A DNA stretch of 64,000 nt from Gammaproteobacteria bacterium (GTDB lineage Bacteria > Pseudomonadota > Gammaproteobacteria > Ga0077536). The notes beneath the pieces were generated by a model that made no database searches, was not told the origin of the DNA, and saw only the letters and a program-made list of their open reading frames with translations. Every line of letters begins with the position of its first letter. Position 1 is the stretch's first letter. Shown in pieces: positions 42,448 to 51,586 of the stretch. A program made the position numbers and the translations under genes. The stretch is from assembly GCA_963662545.2 (NCBI GenBank), contig CAXXLL010000002.1:1184001-1248000 (forward strand), read 5' to 3'.

Positions 42448-44733
42448 TTACTTAGCCGCGTCGATCGCTGCCAGCAGGCGCGGCGGTGAGATCGGCAGAT
42501 CGGTCATGCGCAGACCTGTGGCATCGGCGATCGCATTCGCGACCGCTGCGAGCGGCGGAATGATCGGCACTTCGCCGACGCCGCGTACACCGTAGGGGTG
42601 GCCCGGATTCGGCACTTCGACCAGGACGGTGTCGATCATCGGCACGTCGGAAGCAACCGGTACACGGTAGTCGAGGAAGCCCGAGTTTTCGAGCCGGCCG
42701 TCCGCGTCGTAGATGTATTCTTCGTTGATCGCCCAGCCGATGCCCTGTACGGCGCCGCCCTGCAACTGGCCCTCGACATAGCTTGGATGGATCGCTGTGC
42801 CCACGTCCTGAATTGCGGTATAGCGGATCACCGTGACGCGCCCGGTCTCCTTGTCGACCTCGACGTCGCAGATGTGCGTACCAAAGCCCGGACCGGCGCC
42901 CGAGGCGTTGATATTGGCCTTGCCACTGATGGGGCCGCCGGTCTTGCCGGCCATGCCCGCGATGTCGGCGACCGACAGCGGTTGGTGCTTGTCGGTCTCG
43001 ATAGCGACGGCCTTGCCGTCCCGCCATTCGACCTGGTCGACGTCGACCTCCCAGATCTTCGCCGCTCGTTCCTTCATGTCGCGGACCGCGTCCTGCGCCG
43101 CTTCGATCACGGCCTTGCCGGTCGCAAAGGTCACCCGGCTGCCGCCGGTAAGGTCGCTGTAGGGCACGGACTCGGTGTCGGCAACCTGAGGTTTGATTTT
43201 GGCGATATCGACGCCCAGGACTTCCGCCGCCATCAGTGCCATCGACGCACGCGAGCCGCCGATATCTGGGTTGCCGGTGGCGACGATGACCGTACCGTCC
43301 TCGTTGATCATCACCGACGCACTCGAATTGCCGCCGATGTTGAACCAGAATCCCGACGCGATGCCGCGCCCCTGATCAGGGCCGAGCGGCGCGGACCAGT
43401 GCGGGTGATTCTTCGCCGCGGTCAGCGTCTCCTCGAAACCAATGCGTTTGAATTTCGGACCGTAGGCGGCCTGCGTACCTTCTTTCGCAGCATTGTTCTC
43501 GCGCAGTGCGATCGGATCCATACCGAGCTTTCTCGCGAGGACATCGAGGGTCGATTCGACGGCGAAGGCGGCGACCGGTGCGCCCGGCGCACGATAGGCT
43601 GCAGACTTGGGGCGATTCACGACGACGTCGTAACCCACTATCGACACGTTTTCCAGGTCGTAGGGCGCAAAACCCGTCATGCAGCCGAGGGCGACCGGCG
43701 AGCCATCGAAGGCGCCGGCCTCGTATTCGAGTTGCAGTGAGGCAGCCGTGATGGTGCCGTCCTTCTTGGCGCCTATCTTGCAGTGCGCGTGGCCGCCCGA
43801 CGTCGGCCCGGTCGCGCGGAATACCTCGTCGCGGGTCATCACCATTTTGACGGGACGCCCGGCGCGCCGGGCCAGCTCCACCGCCAGGGGTTCTAGATAG
43901 ATAGTGGTCTTGCCGCCGAAGCCGCCGCCGATCTCGGACGGCACGACCTTGATCTTCGCGACTTCCATGCCGCATACCCGCGCCGTGTACGCGCGCACCA
44001 TGAACTGGCCCTGGCTGCTGCACCAGATGCTCGCCATGCCGTCCTCGGTAATGGTGGCTACGCAGGCATGGGGTTCTATGTAACCTTGGTGCACGGTTTC
44101 CGTATTGAATTCGTGCTCGACGACGACGTCGGCCGCAGCGAAGCCTGTGTCCACGTCGCCCAGGGTGAACGCGACACGCTTGGAAACGTTCGATGGCGTC
44201 GTCGGCTTGGGTTCGACGCCCGCGGTGAACATGTCTTCATGGAGCAGGGGTGCGTCGGGCTTCATCGCGTCGAGCGCTTTCATTACGTGCGGCAGCAGTT
44301 CGTAGTCGACTTCAATCAGCTCGGCCGCTTGTGCGGCGATCGCGACTGTGGTCGCGGCGACGGCGGCGACCGCATGGCCATCGTAGAGCACCTTATCGCG
44401 CGCAATGACGTTGCGCGACAGGTCGTAGAAGCTAAGGGGGGCGACACCCGGAATCCTGTCGGAAGGACTGAGCATAGGAAAATCCGCGCCGGTGACGACG
44501 GCTTTCACGCCCGGCAGGGCTGTCGCTTTGTCGACATTGATCGATTTGATCCGGGCATGCGCATGCGGGCTGCGCACGACGCTGCCGTGGATCATGTCGG
44601 CGAGTTTGAGATCGGCCCCGAAGTTCGCTCGCCCCGTGACCTTGTCGACGCCGTCCGGGCGCACCGGCCGGGTGCCGATGTAGCGGTATTTGCCCTTGTC
44701 GAGCGCCTTGAGCTGCTGTTCTTCCTTACCCAT
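42448..44733 (-). CDS. Xanthine dehydrogenase-family Mo-binding large subunit
   Basis: GGGFGGK, AYRAPG, GQLQGG and RGVGE motifs. Confidence 0.93.
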   Translation of the reverse strand: MGKEEQQLKALDKGKYRYIGTRPVRPDGVDKVTGRANFGADLKLADMIHGSVVRSPHAHARIKSINVDKATALPGVKAVVTGADFPMLSPSDRIPGVAPLSFYDLSRNVIARDKVLYDGHAVAAVAATTVAIAAQAAELIEVDYELLPHVMKALDAMKPDAPLLHEDMFTAGVEPKPTTPSNVSKRVAFTLGDVDTGFAAADVVVEHEFNTETVHQGYIEPHACVATITEDGMASIWCSSQGQFMVRAYTARVCGMEVAKIKVVPSEIGGGFGGKTTIYLEPLAVELARRAGRPVKMVMTRDEVFRATGPTSGGHAHCKIGAKKDGTITAASLQLEYEAGAFDGSPVALGCMTGFAPYDLENVSIVGYDVVVNRPKSAAYRAPGAPVAAFAVESTLDVLARKLGMDPIALRENNAAKEGTQAAYGPKFKRIGFEETLTAAKNHPHWSAPLGPDQGRGIASGFWFNIGGNSSASVMINEDGTVIVATGNPDIGGSRASMALMAAEVLGVDIAKIKPQVADTESVPYSDLTGGSRVTFATGKAVIEAAQDAVRDMKERAAKIWEVDVDQVEWRDGKAVAIETDKHQPLSVADIAGMAGKTGGPISGKANINASGAGPGFGTHICDVEVDKETGRVTVIRYTAIQDVGTAIHPSYVEGQLQGGAVQGIGWAINEEYIYDADGRLENSGFLDYRVPVASDVPMIDTVLVEVPNPGHPYGVRGVGEVPIIPPLAAVANAIADATGLRMTDLPISPPRLLAAIDAAK

Positions 44734-44736
44734 GTT

Positions 44737-45213
44737 TCATGCTCCGCGCATTTCTTCGGCGGCATTCATGACCGCCTTGATGATCTTGTCGTAGCCTGTG
44801 CAGCGGCAGAGGTTGCCGGCCAACCAGTAACGGGCCTCGGTTTCGGTGGGGTCGGGATTGCGCTCCAATAGTGCTTTCGCCGCGACGATGACCCCCGGGG
44901 TGCACACGCCGCACTGCAGTGCGGCGTCTTCCAGAAACGTTTTCTGCAGCGGGTGCAGCTTCTCGCCCTGCGCGACGCCTTCGATCGTTTCGATATTCCG
45001 ACCCTCTGCTTCAACGCCGAGCACGAGGCAGGCGCACACGAGACGATTATCGACCATGACGCTGCAGGCGCCGCAATCGCCCGAGCCGCAACCTTCTTTG
45101 CTCCCCGTGAGATTCAATTCATCGCGCAGTACATCGAGCAGGGTCTGCCGGGTTTCGCACAGGAATTCAACCGGATCGCCGTTGACGGTGGCGCTTACGT
45201 GGTGCTTGCCCAT
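44737..45213 (-). CDS. Mo-hydroxylase small (2Fe-2S) subunit
   Basis: GCGSGDCGAC, QCGVCTPG and GNLCRCTGY motifs. Confidence 0.95.
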   Translation of the reverse strand: MGKHHVSATVNGDPVEFLCETRQTLLDVLRDELNLTGSKEGCGSGDCGACSVMVDNRLVCACLVLGVEAEGRNIETIEGVAQGEKLHPLQKTFLEDAALQCGVCTPGVIVAAKALLERNPDPTETEARYWLAGNLCRCTGYDKIIKAVMNAAEEMRGA

Positions 45214-46082
45214 CAATTAGCCCTCGCGCGTTCGAGCGCAATCGCGGCTGCGCGGCGAGTGAGTACGCCCGCGACCTTGGTTCGATACGCCACCGTGCCG
45301 CGTTTGTCGTCGATCGGATCGCAGGCGGCGCTGGCGGCGGCGCCCAGTTTCTCCAGCACCGTGTCGTCGAGCCGGGTGCCGATGATGACTGCGGCAGCGT
45401 CCTCAACCAGGAGCAGCCGCGGGGCGACCGCGCCCAGACTGACACGCGCAGCGGTGCACACGCCTTCGTCGTCGAGCGTCAGGCTGACGCCTGCGCCCAC
45501 CACCGCGATGTCCATTTCCGTGCGCGGGATGAAGCGCAGGTAGGCGTCGCCCGCATGCGGTGGACGCGGCGGCAGAAAAAAACTCACGACGAACTCGTCA
45601 ATCGCCAGCGACGTCTGTCCGGGTCCGGTCACGATATCTTCGACCGGAGCTTCGCGCTGACCGTCCGGGCCTGCGATAGTGCAGATCGTAGCCGCCGCGA
45701 TCATCGCCGGCACGCTGTCCGCCGCGGGCGAACCGTTGCACAGGTTCCCGCCAAGCGACGCGCGGCTCTGAATCTGCGCGGACCCGATCAATTCGAGCGC
45801 TTCGACCACGCCAGGCCAGGCGCGGCGGACATCCGGATGCTCGCCGAGCTCGGCTCCAGACACCGCGGCACCTACGCGAAAACCACCGTCTTCGATCGTG
45901 ATGGTGCGAACTTCGGGGATGTGCTTTATGTCAACAATGGTGTCGGCGGCGAGGTGGCCCGCTCTGAGTTGAACGAGCAGATCCGTACCGCCCGCGAGAA
46001 TCTTGGCGCCGCCGTTCGCGTCGGCCAGGCATTTGACCGCGTCGGCGACGGTGCCGGGTGCGGCGAATTGAATCTGGGTCAC
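45213..46082 (-). CDS. Mo-hydroxylase medium (FAD) subunit
   Basis: LAGGTDL, SLGGNLCNGSPAAD and PIDDKRG motifs. Confidence 0.93.
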   Translation of the reverse strand: MTQIQFAAPGTVADAVKCLADANGGAKILAGGTDLLVQLRAGHLAADTIVDIKHIPEVRTITIEDGGFRVGAAVSGAELGEHPDVRRAWPGVVEALELIGSAQIQSRASLGGNLCNGSPAADSVPAMIAAATICTIAGPDGQREAPVEDIVTGPGQTSLAIDEFVVSFFLPPRPPHAGDAYLRFIPRTEMDIAVVGAGVSLTLDDEGVCTAARVSLGAVAPRLLLVEDAAAVIIGTRLDDTVLEKLGAAASAACDPIDDKRGTVAYRTKVAGVLTRRAAAIALERARAN

Positions 46083-46391
46083 TTTTGCTCCGGGTTTGGG
46101 TCAAACGGGACGCGCATTGTCCCATCTTCGCGGGGTCAGAGTCGATTATAAAATGAGGTTCGTTCAAGGTGCGTACATGCCTATCGATCCGCACTGGCTG
46201 GTCTATCGCAATTGTCCGTCCGCCGTGGACATGAGATGCAGGCTCGATAAACGGTCGTTTGGGTGTGCTACGCTCGAAAATCACCCGTCTATCGGGGAGA
46301 TCCCGTTGAATTAAGGCCCGATGAATCCTGCCGCTACAGACATTATGCCTGGCTTCAGAGAGATGCTTACGTGATCGTCGCAACTTTCTGG

Positions 46392-47417
46392 ATGCCCCCA
46401 TTGAACAACTGCAAAGTCTGTTCGGCTGTGCTGTTCTGCATACTTTTCACGACGCAATTGGCCTACGGCTTGACCGTCAATTTCAATGGATCCCTTGGGA
46501 CTCTAGCGGATGCGGCGCTCGATCGAGCCGCTGCACAGTGGACCTCACGGATCAGCGATCCAATCATGGTGACCATCGATGTCAGTTTCGCCACGTTCGC
46601 GCCCAACATCATCGGCCAGGCGTCGTCGGTCACGCTGACGACGACGAATGACGGCTTCGACTTCGTGCGTGGCGCACTCATAACCGATGCCGCGGGCGAA
46701 GCGGACGATACAATCGTTGCTTCGTTGCCGACGGCCGCGCAATTCACACCCTCAGTACTCATGCCGGCCGGGATCACCTTTAATGGCGAATTGCTCGGTT
46801 CGAAGGCTAATTTCAAGGCGCTCGAGATCCCGGGACTGGATCTCGATGGCCCGTTCGGTTTGAGCGACGGCACAATTCAGTTCAACGATTTATTCAACTT
46901 CGATTTTGACAACATCAACGGTGTGAGTGGGACGGACTTCGAAACCGTTGCCGCGCATGAAATCGGGCACATCCTCGGATTCCAATCGGCGGTGGATGCC
47001 ATCGATTCAGCCGTAGACCAGGGCCTGACCGGCACGATCGGTGTCTTCATGCTCGATCTCTTCCGGTTCGGTAGCGGGAGTGCGCCCACCACTGCCGCGG
47101 CGTTCACGACCACCGGTCGTGAATTGAGGCCGAATGCCGAAGCCGTGTTCGGTGACACGGACGATAACTACCGGCTTTCCACCGGCGCCTTCACGGGCGA
47201 TGGACGGCAGGCGAGCCACTTCAAGGACGATTCATTACTGGGTATTCATCTGGGCATAATGGACCCGACGCTAGCCAACAACGTCTCCTTCGATGTGACT
47301 GAGGCGGATCTGCGCGTGCTCGATTTGATCGGTTGGGACGTCGCCCCCATCCCGTTGCCGCCCGCTTTCCTGCTGTTCGGATCGGCCTGTGGGCTACTCG
47401 TGTTCCTTCGGATTTAG
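46392..47417 (+). CDS. Secreted zinc metalloprotease with VPLPA-type sorting signal
   Basis: HEIGHILGF, QASHFKD, IMDPT and C-terminal PIPLPPAFLLFGSA; start uncertain. Confidence 0.8.
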   Translation: MPPLNNCKVCSAVLFCILFTTQLAYGLTVNFNGSLGTLADAALDRAAAQWTSRISDPIMVTIDVSFATFAPNIIGQASSVTLTTTNDGFDFVRGALITDAAGEADDTIVASLPTAAQFTPSVLMPAGITFNGELLGSKANFKALEIPGLDLDGPFGLSDGTIQFNDLFNFDFDNINGVSGTDFETVAAHEIGHILGFQSAVDAIDSAVDQGLTGTIGVFMLDLFRFGSGSAPTTAAAFTTTGRELRPNAEAVFGDTDDNYRLSTGAFTGDGRQASHFKDDSLLGIHLGIMDPTLANNVSFDVTEADLRVLDLIGWDVAPIPLPPAFLLFGSACGLLVFLRI

Positions 47418-47445
47418 CAAATTAAACGCAAACCCTAGTGCGACG

Positions 47446-47760
47446 AGGTTCGGGTGCCGGAGTTGACTTAATTGACTAAATTTGGCATTTGCCGCCGCGC
47501 CCTCTTGTTATAGGATCGTCTGCACCGACACCAAGGCCCATGAAGGAGGCAAGGATGCCTCAAAAACCTCGTCTACATGTTCCGGGGGGGATCTATCACG
47601 CGATACTGCGCGGCAATAATCGCGGCCCCCTGTTCTTCGACGCTGGCGAGCGAGATACGCTAGAGACGCTGCTCGCCGAAGGGCGGGTGCGCTGTCGGCG
47701 CCGCATTCTTGCATAGCGTTGGATGACGAACCATTTGGACCTGGCGGCGCAGGTGAATGA
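47446..47760 (+). pseudogene. Truncated, decayed copy of the RAYT-like element left end and gene 5' part
   Basis: Near-identical to 48512-48827; TAC changed to TAG at 47714-47716; HUH motif mutated to HLDL. Confidence 0.85.
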
Positions 47761-47765
47761 GTCGA

Positions 47766-48059
47766 TTAAGCTGCATGTTCTACGGGTTGGACCCCTAAAT
47801 CTTTCCGGCTCTGTTTGACTTTCCAAAGGTCATAGGCATTTTGCAACCGTAACCAATGCGATGCATCGGGTTTTCCGAATGCGGCTTCCAATCGCATTGC
47901 CATTTCGGCGGTTACGGCGCCGTCTCCTTTTAAAATCCGATGTAAGGTATTGCGACTTACACCAAGGTATTCGGCTGTTTCACTTACTGTCAAACCCATC
48001 GGGACGATGGCTAATTCTTTAAGGATCTCTCCCGGATGGGCAGGATTGTGCATGCTCAA
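47766..48059 (-). CDS. higA: HigA family antitoxin
   Basis: MHNPAHPGEIL, HTH and WLRLQNAYDLW motifs. Confidence 0.92.
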   Translation of the reverse strand: MSMHNPAHPGEILKELAIVPMGLTVSETAEYLGVSRNTLHRILKGDGAVTAEMAMRLEAAFGKPDASHWLRLQNAYDLWKVKQSRKDLGVQPVEHAA

Positions 48060-48070
48060 AACTTGTTACC

Positions 48071-48349
48071 TCAATGATAATCTTCATAATCGACTAATTC
48101 GGCATCGTGCCGAACGAATCGAAACGTGATACGCCAACTTCGATTTACTTTTACTGCCCACATATTCTTTCGCTTTCCTTTCAGCGGGTGTAAAGCCAAT
48201 CCGGTTAAGTCCATATCGTCTGGCTTTTCCGCCACATCGAGATTGGTCAGTATCAACCTAAGCTTATTTGCATGGCTCGATCGAATACCGGATGTTTTAC
48301 CCGTCTTAAAGAATCTTTCTATTCCCTTGTGCAGAAAGCTCTTTATCAT
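48071..48349 (-). CDS. higB: HigB (RelE-family) toxin
   Basis: MIKSFLHKG, LHPLKG, WRITFRF and DYEDYH motifs; toxin-first order. Confidence 0.92.
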   Translation of the reverse strand: MIKSFLHKGIERFFKTGKTSGIRSSHANKLRLILTNLDVAEKPDDMDLTGLALHPLKGKRKNMWAVKVNRSWRITFRFVRHDAELVDYEDYH

Positions 48350-48358
48350 AAAAGTGAT

Positions 48359-48377
48359 TGTAATATATCATATTACA
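48359..48377. promoter_or_regulatory. Putative higBA operator palindrome
   Basis: TGTAATAT-ATC-ATATTACA just upstream of the higB start. Confidence 0.55.
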
Positions 48378-48511
48378 CGTTGCAATAATATAGATTACAT
48401 AACGATTTCCCACGCCTGGTCTCGGTCCACTGCTGTCTGTCTCGTTTGAATCGATATTGACCGTGACTCCGGTGCCTTTAGCTACCAGGTTCGGGCAGGT
48501 TCGGGTGCCGC

Positions 48512-49540
48512 AGGTTCGGGTGCCGGAGTTGACTTAATTGACTAAATTTAGCATTTGCCGCCGCGCCCTCTTGTTATAGGATTGTCTGCACCGACACCAA
48601 GGACCCATGAAGGAGGCAAGGATGTCTCGAAAACCTCGTCTACATGTTCCGGGCGGGATCTATCACGCGATACTGCGCGGCAATAATCGCGGCCCCCTGT
48701 TCTTCGACGCTGCCGACCGAGATACTTTAGAGGCGCTGCTCGCCGAGGGGTTGGTGCGCTATCGGTGCCGCGTTCATGCCTACTGTTGGATGACGAACCA
48801 TTTGCACCTGGCGGTGCAGGTGGACGATGCGCCACTCGGGCACGTCATTCAGTGGGTCGGGTCAAACTTCGCAAGGACATTGAATCGACGCTATGGGCGG
48901 AGCGGCCATGTGTTCGACCGCCGCCACCGGGCGATTCTAGTCAGCAATGACCTACAGCTTCTCGCCTTGATACGCTATATCCACCAGAATCCGGTGGTCG
49001 CGAATCTCGTCAACGGACCGGCGGATTACCGATGGTCCAGCCATCGCGCTTATCTCGGTCGGGTGCGGGTGGCGTGGCTGACCACTCGTTTAGTTCTCGA
49101 CATGTTCGGTGATTCGGGGCGCTGCGCACGCGCGAATTACCGTGCATTCATGAGTGAGAAACCCGATTCAGCGCTCGAGGAGGGCTTGGAGAACGGTAGC
49201 GAGGACGATCCGCGCTTAGCCAGTAGTTCAGTGCTCGACCCGCCCATCGATGCGCTGCCCGTCTCGCACAGGGCATATCGAACGCTTGATGAGATCGTGG
49301 CAACCACTTGTGAGGTTTATGGGATCCGGGAAACAGCGCTGCGCTCGGCGGGACGCAGCCGGCGTTACGCGGCGATCCGCACCGAGATCGCCGCATTCGC
49401 GTTGGATGAAGGTGCTGCGAGTCTCAGCGAGGTGGCGCGCCGATTTGGACGCTGCGAGTCGGTCCTGTGCCGCGCGCTTTCACGATTCCGACGGCAGACC
49501 CGCGGTGTTTAGTCAAATAAGTCAACTCCGGCACCCAACC
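48512..49540 (+). mobile_element. RAYT-like element bounded by about 33-bp terminal inverted repeats
   Basis: Left GGTTCGGGTGCCGGAGTTGACTTAATTGACTAAA; right TTTAGTCAAATAAGTCAACTCCGGCACCCAACC. Confidence 0.75.
48622..49512 (+). CDS. HUH/Y1 tyrosine transposase (RAYT/IS200-like) with C-terminal HTH
   Basis: YHAILRGNN, YCWMTNHLHL (HUH), RYIHQNP and WSS motifs; C-terminal SLSEVARRFGR HTH. Confidence 0.88.
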   Translation: MSRKPRLHVPGGIYHAILRGNNRGPLFFDAADRDTLEALLAEGLVRYRCRVHAYCWMTNHLHLAVQVDDAPLGHVIQWVGSNFARTLNRRYGRSGHVFDRRHRAILVSNDLQLLALIRYIHQNPVVANLVNGPADYRWSSHRAYLGRVRVAWLTTRLVLDMFGDSGRCARANYRAFMSEKPDSALEEGLENGSEDDPRLASSSVLDPPIDALPVSHRAYRTLDEIVATTCEVYGIRETALRSAGRSRRYAAIRTEIAAFALDEGAASLSEVARRFGRCESVLCRALSRFRRQTRGV

Positions 49541-49547
49541 CCCTTGT

Positions 49548-49578
49548 AAAAAAAAAGGCCCGCTTCGCGGGGCTTTTT
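49548..49578. terminator. Probable bidirectional intrinsic terminator
   Basis: A-run, GGCCCGC-TTC-GCGGGGC stem with one mismatch, T-run; lies between convergent genes. Confidence 0.6.
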
Positions 49579-49602
49579 CTGGAGTTGTAAGTTGACTGAA
49601 GC

Positions 49603-50196
49603 TCAGACGCGACGTCGGGCTGCGAAACCCAGCAGCCCAAGCCCCATCAATGCGATCGTGCCGGGTTCGGGAATCTGCGCATGCAGGCTCCACTGAATGA
49701 GCAACGACTCATTTGTGAAACCTGTTTGATCCGCAAACGTCAGGTCCCAGGTTCCGCCCCAGAGCTCGCCGTCAAATGCAGAAAGTGCCTCAAAAGGACT
49801 GAAACTACCGACCGTAGTTCCGCCGCCTGATTGCGTCTGTATCGAAGTACCCGCCTCGTCGTCAAAGATGACGTCCAGAAGCCCCCCTGAGTTAGCAGAA
49901 GTCACAAAGTTGAACAACCTTACGACGGTACCGGTATTAACGTGTTCCAGATCTATATCAAGGTCTGCCCAATGGTTCGTGCCGTTGTTGGTTGTAGTAA
50001 TGATGAGATCCACGTCCAGATCTTCGATGCTACCGCTACCCGGCGGCAGGAACGGGTTAAAAAGGGAAACCGTGACCGATGCACCAGGGTCCAGAACGAC
50101 TTGTAAGTCCTGCTGAATGTTCCACACCATGAAACCAGCCTGCGCTGCCCCGGCAACACACATCAGCGCCATCAAAACAAGTAGTTTTCTACACAT
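49603..50196 (-). CDS. PEP-CTERM protein (proprotein-convertase P-domain-like)
   Basis: Signal peptide, HWADLDIDL, LSAFDGE..GTWDL and C-terminal IPEPGTIALMGLGLLGFAARRR. Confidence 0.88.
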   Translation of the reverse strand: MCRKLLVLMALMCVAGAAQAGFMVWNIQQDLQVVLDPGASVTVSLFNPFLPPGSGSIEDLDVDLIITTTNNGTNHWADLDIDLEHVNTGTVVRLFNFVTSANSGGLLDVIFDDEAGTSIQTQSGGGTTVGSFSPFEALSAFDGELWGGTWDLTFADQTGFTNESLLIQWSLHAQIPEPGTIALMGLGLLGFAARRRV

Positions 50197-50265
50197 CTTT
50201 ATTCTCTCCGTTGTTGCGCACAGTCAGCCCGGTATCGACCGCGCCATTGAACCTGCAGAGATCTA

Positions 50266-50282
50266 TGCAATCCTGGTGCCAA
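50266..50282 (-). promoter_or_regulatory. Sigma-54 promoter of the PEP-CTERM gene
   Basis: TTGGCAC-CAGGA-TTGCA, exact -24/-12 spacing. Confidence 0.75.
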
Positions 50283-50931
50283 TTTATGTACCTCATTGTT
50301 TTTAATGATCTAATTGAAATCAGCGACGAATTACGGGTAGCGAAACGGGCATTTTTGTAAAGTTTTTAAGAATCCGCGCCGATCCGGACCCCGGAAACAG
50401 GCGAGATCGGCAAGAAGATCCGACATCCGGCCGTTCGCTCAACGCATCTGCCGGCCTCAAATCGAAGCCGCAGCGCATTCAAGCTGTAGCGCGCGGGAGG
50501 TTTGCCAGAGACCGTCAACTTTTCGCGAACTTGTCGAATATCTTTTTGTATTTCAATGTATTAACGCGACGTTCGTACTGGATACCGGCGCTGAATTCGG
50601 CGCCGAAACGGGGCGCCAGATGCCGAAATTTGCAATTTTCAGGCGTATCGAGACGACGAATTTTTGACCGATGGCCGCCCGCCGGGCTCAGTGTAAAATT
50701 TATTGACAACTGACCGCTGGAAAAGTGGCAAAAGGCGCGGTGGATTCTCGGTTTTTCGGGTTGCTTGGGTAGGTAAACGACATCGCCCTTTTGATCCGTG
50801 TCAGATGTTTTCTCATGAATTTAGGTGGTTAACCGATTATCGGGATTCTGGACGGCCGCCGGATACGCCGGAGTGTAAAGATTCTTGACACGTGATGGCG
50901 GCGTATAGGGAAAAACGGCCCTTTTTCGCGC

Positions 50932-51118
50932 GGGTTGGGGTCCCGGAGTTGACCTATTTGACTATATTTGGCATTGGTTGCCGCGCCGTATCGTGGAAGA
51001 GGCGCCCATAATCCGTTCAACTGTAAGCACCTGAATGGAATGAGTTTCAGCGTTTCGGGTTTATGGGTGTCCCGAAACGCCGTGTTTAGTCAAATAAGTC
51101 AACTCCCGAACCCCAACC
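50932..51118. mobile_element. Non-autonomous MITE-like derivative of the RAYT-like element
   Basis: Both IR ends plus subterminal sequence, about 187 bp, no transposase. Confidence 0.7.
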
Positions 51119-51127
51119 GCCCAAACC

Positions 51128-51220
51128 TTTTAATTCCCGACACGATTCAAACCACTGTCAGCCAAGCTGATAACCACGCCCGGCGAGACACGTGGACCAC
51201 GCGCGCCGGTATTCCTGACC
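51128..51220. repeat. About 93-bp direct repeat of 51558-51649 (3' end of the glycine-zipper gene)
   Basis: GCCAAGCTGATAACCACGCCCGGCGAGACACGTGGACCA is shared by both copies. Confidence 0.85.
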
Positions 51221-51335
51221 TGGGGTCGGGTGTCGGAGTTGACTTATTTGACTTATCTCGATCGGGTGAGTTCGGGTGTCGGAGTCGACCTGCTTGACTA
51301 AATTTGGCATTTTTTGCCGCGCCCTATTGTTATAG

Positions 51336-51545
51336 GGGGATGAGCGCGGCGAGGCGTGCTATCAGGTACTCCGGGCGTCCTGCCTTTCGCCCCTGCGGGG
51401 CCAGCCTGCGGCTGTTCAAAATCGCTCCCGGCGATTTTGTCGAGCGGCTCTAAGAACACCTGGGTAGTGCCATCGCGATAAGGAATTTTTTTGAGAGCGT
51501 GTCGCACGAGGCACTGCGAGGTGCGTGACAACCGCTGCTCTGAGA
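51336..51545 (-). pseudogene. IS91/ISCR-type rolling-circle transposase fragment interrupted by a palindromic insert
   Basis: EQRLS...LKKIPYRDGTTQVFLEPLD [insert about 51366-51440] LIARLAALIP. Confidence 0.7.
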
Positions 51546-51586
51546 GCGTCGATCGACCTTAATTCCCGATGCGATTCACACTCATG

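Noticed and set aside
42448-44733. Aerobic CO dehydrogenase CoxL
   Set aside because: The active-site loop is AYRAPG, not the form I AYRCSFR or form II AYRGAGR; called a generic Mo-hydroxylase
47446-51335. CRISPR array from the recurring GGAGTTGACTT repeat
   Set aside because: Copies are irregularly spaced, in both orientations, with no uniform spacers or cas genes
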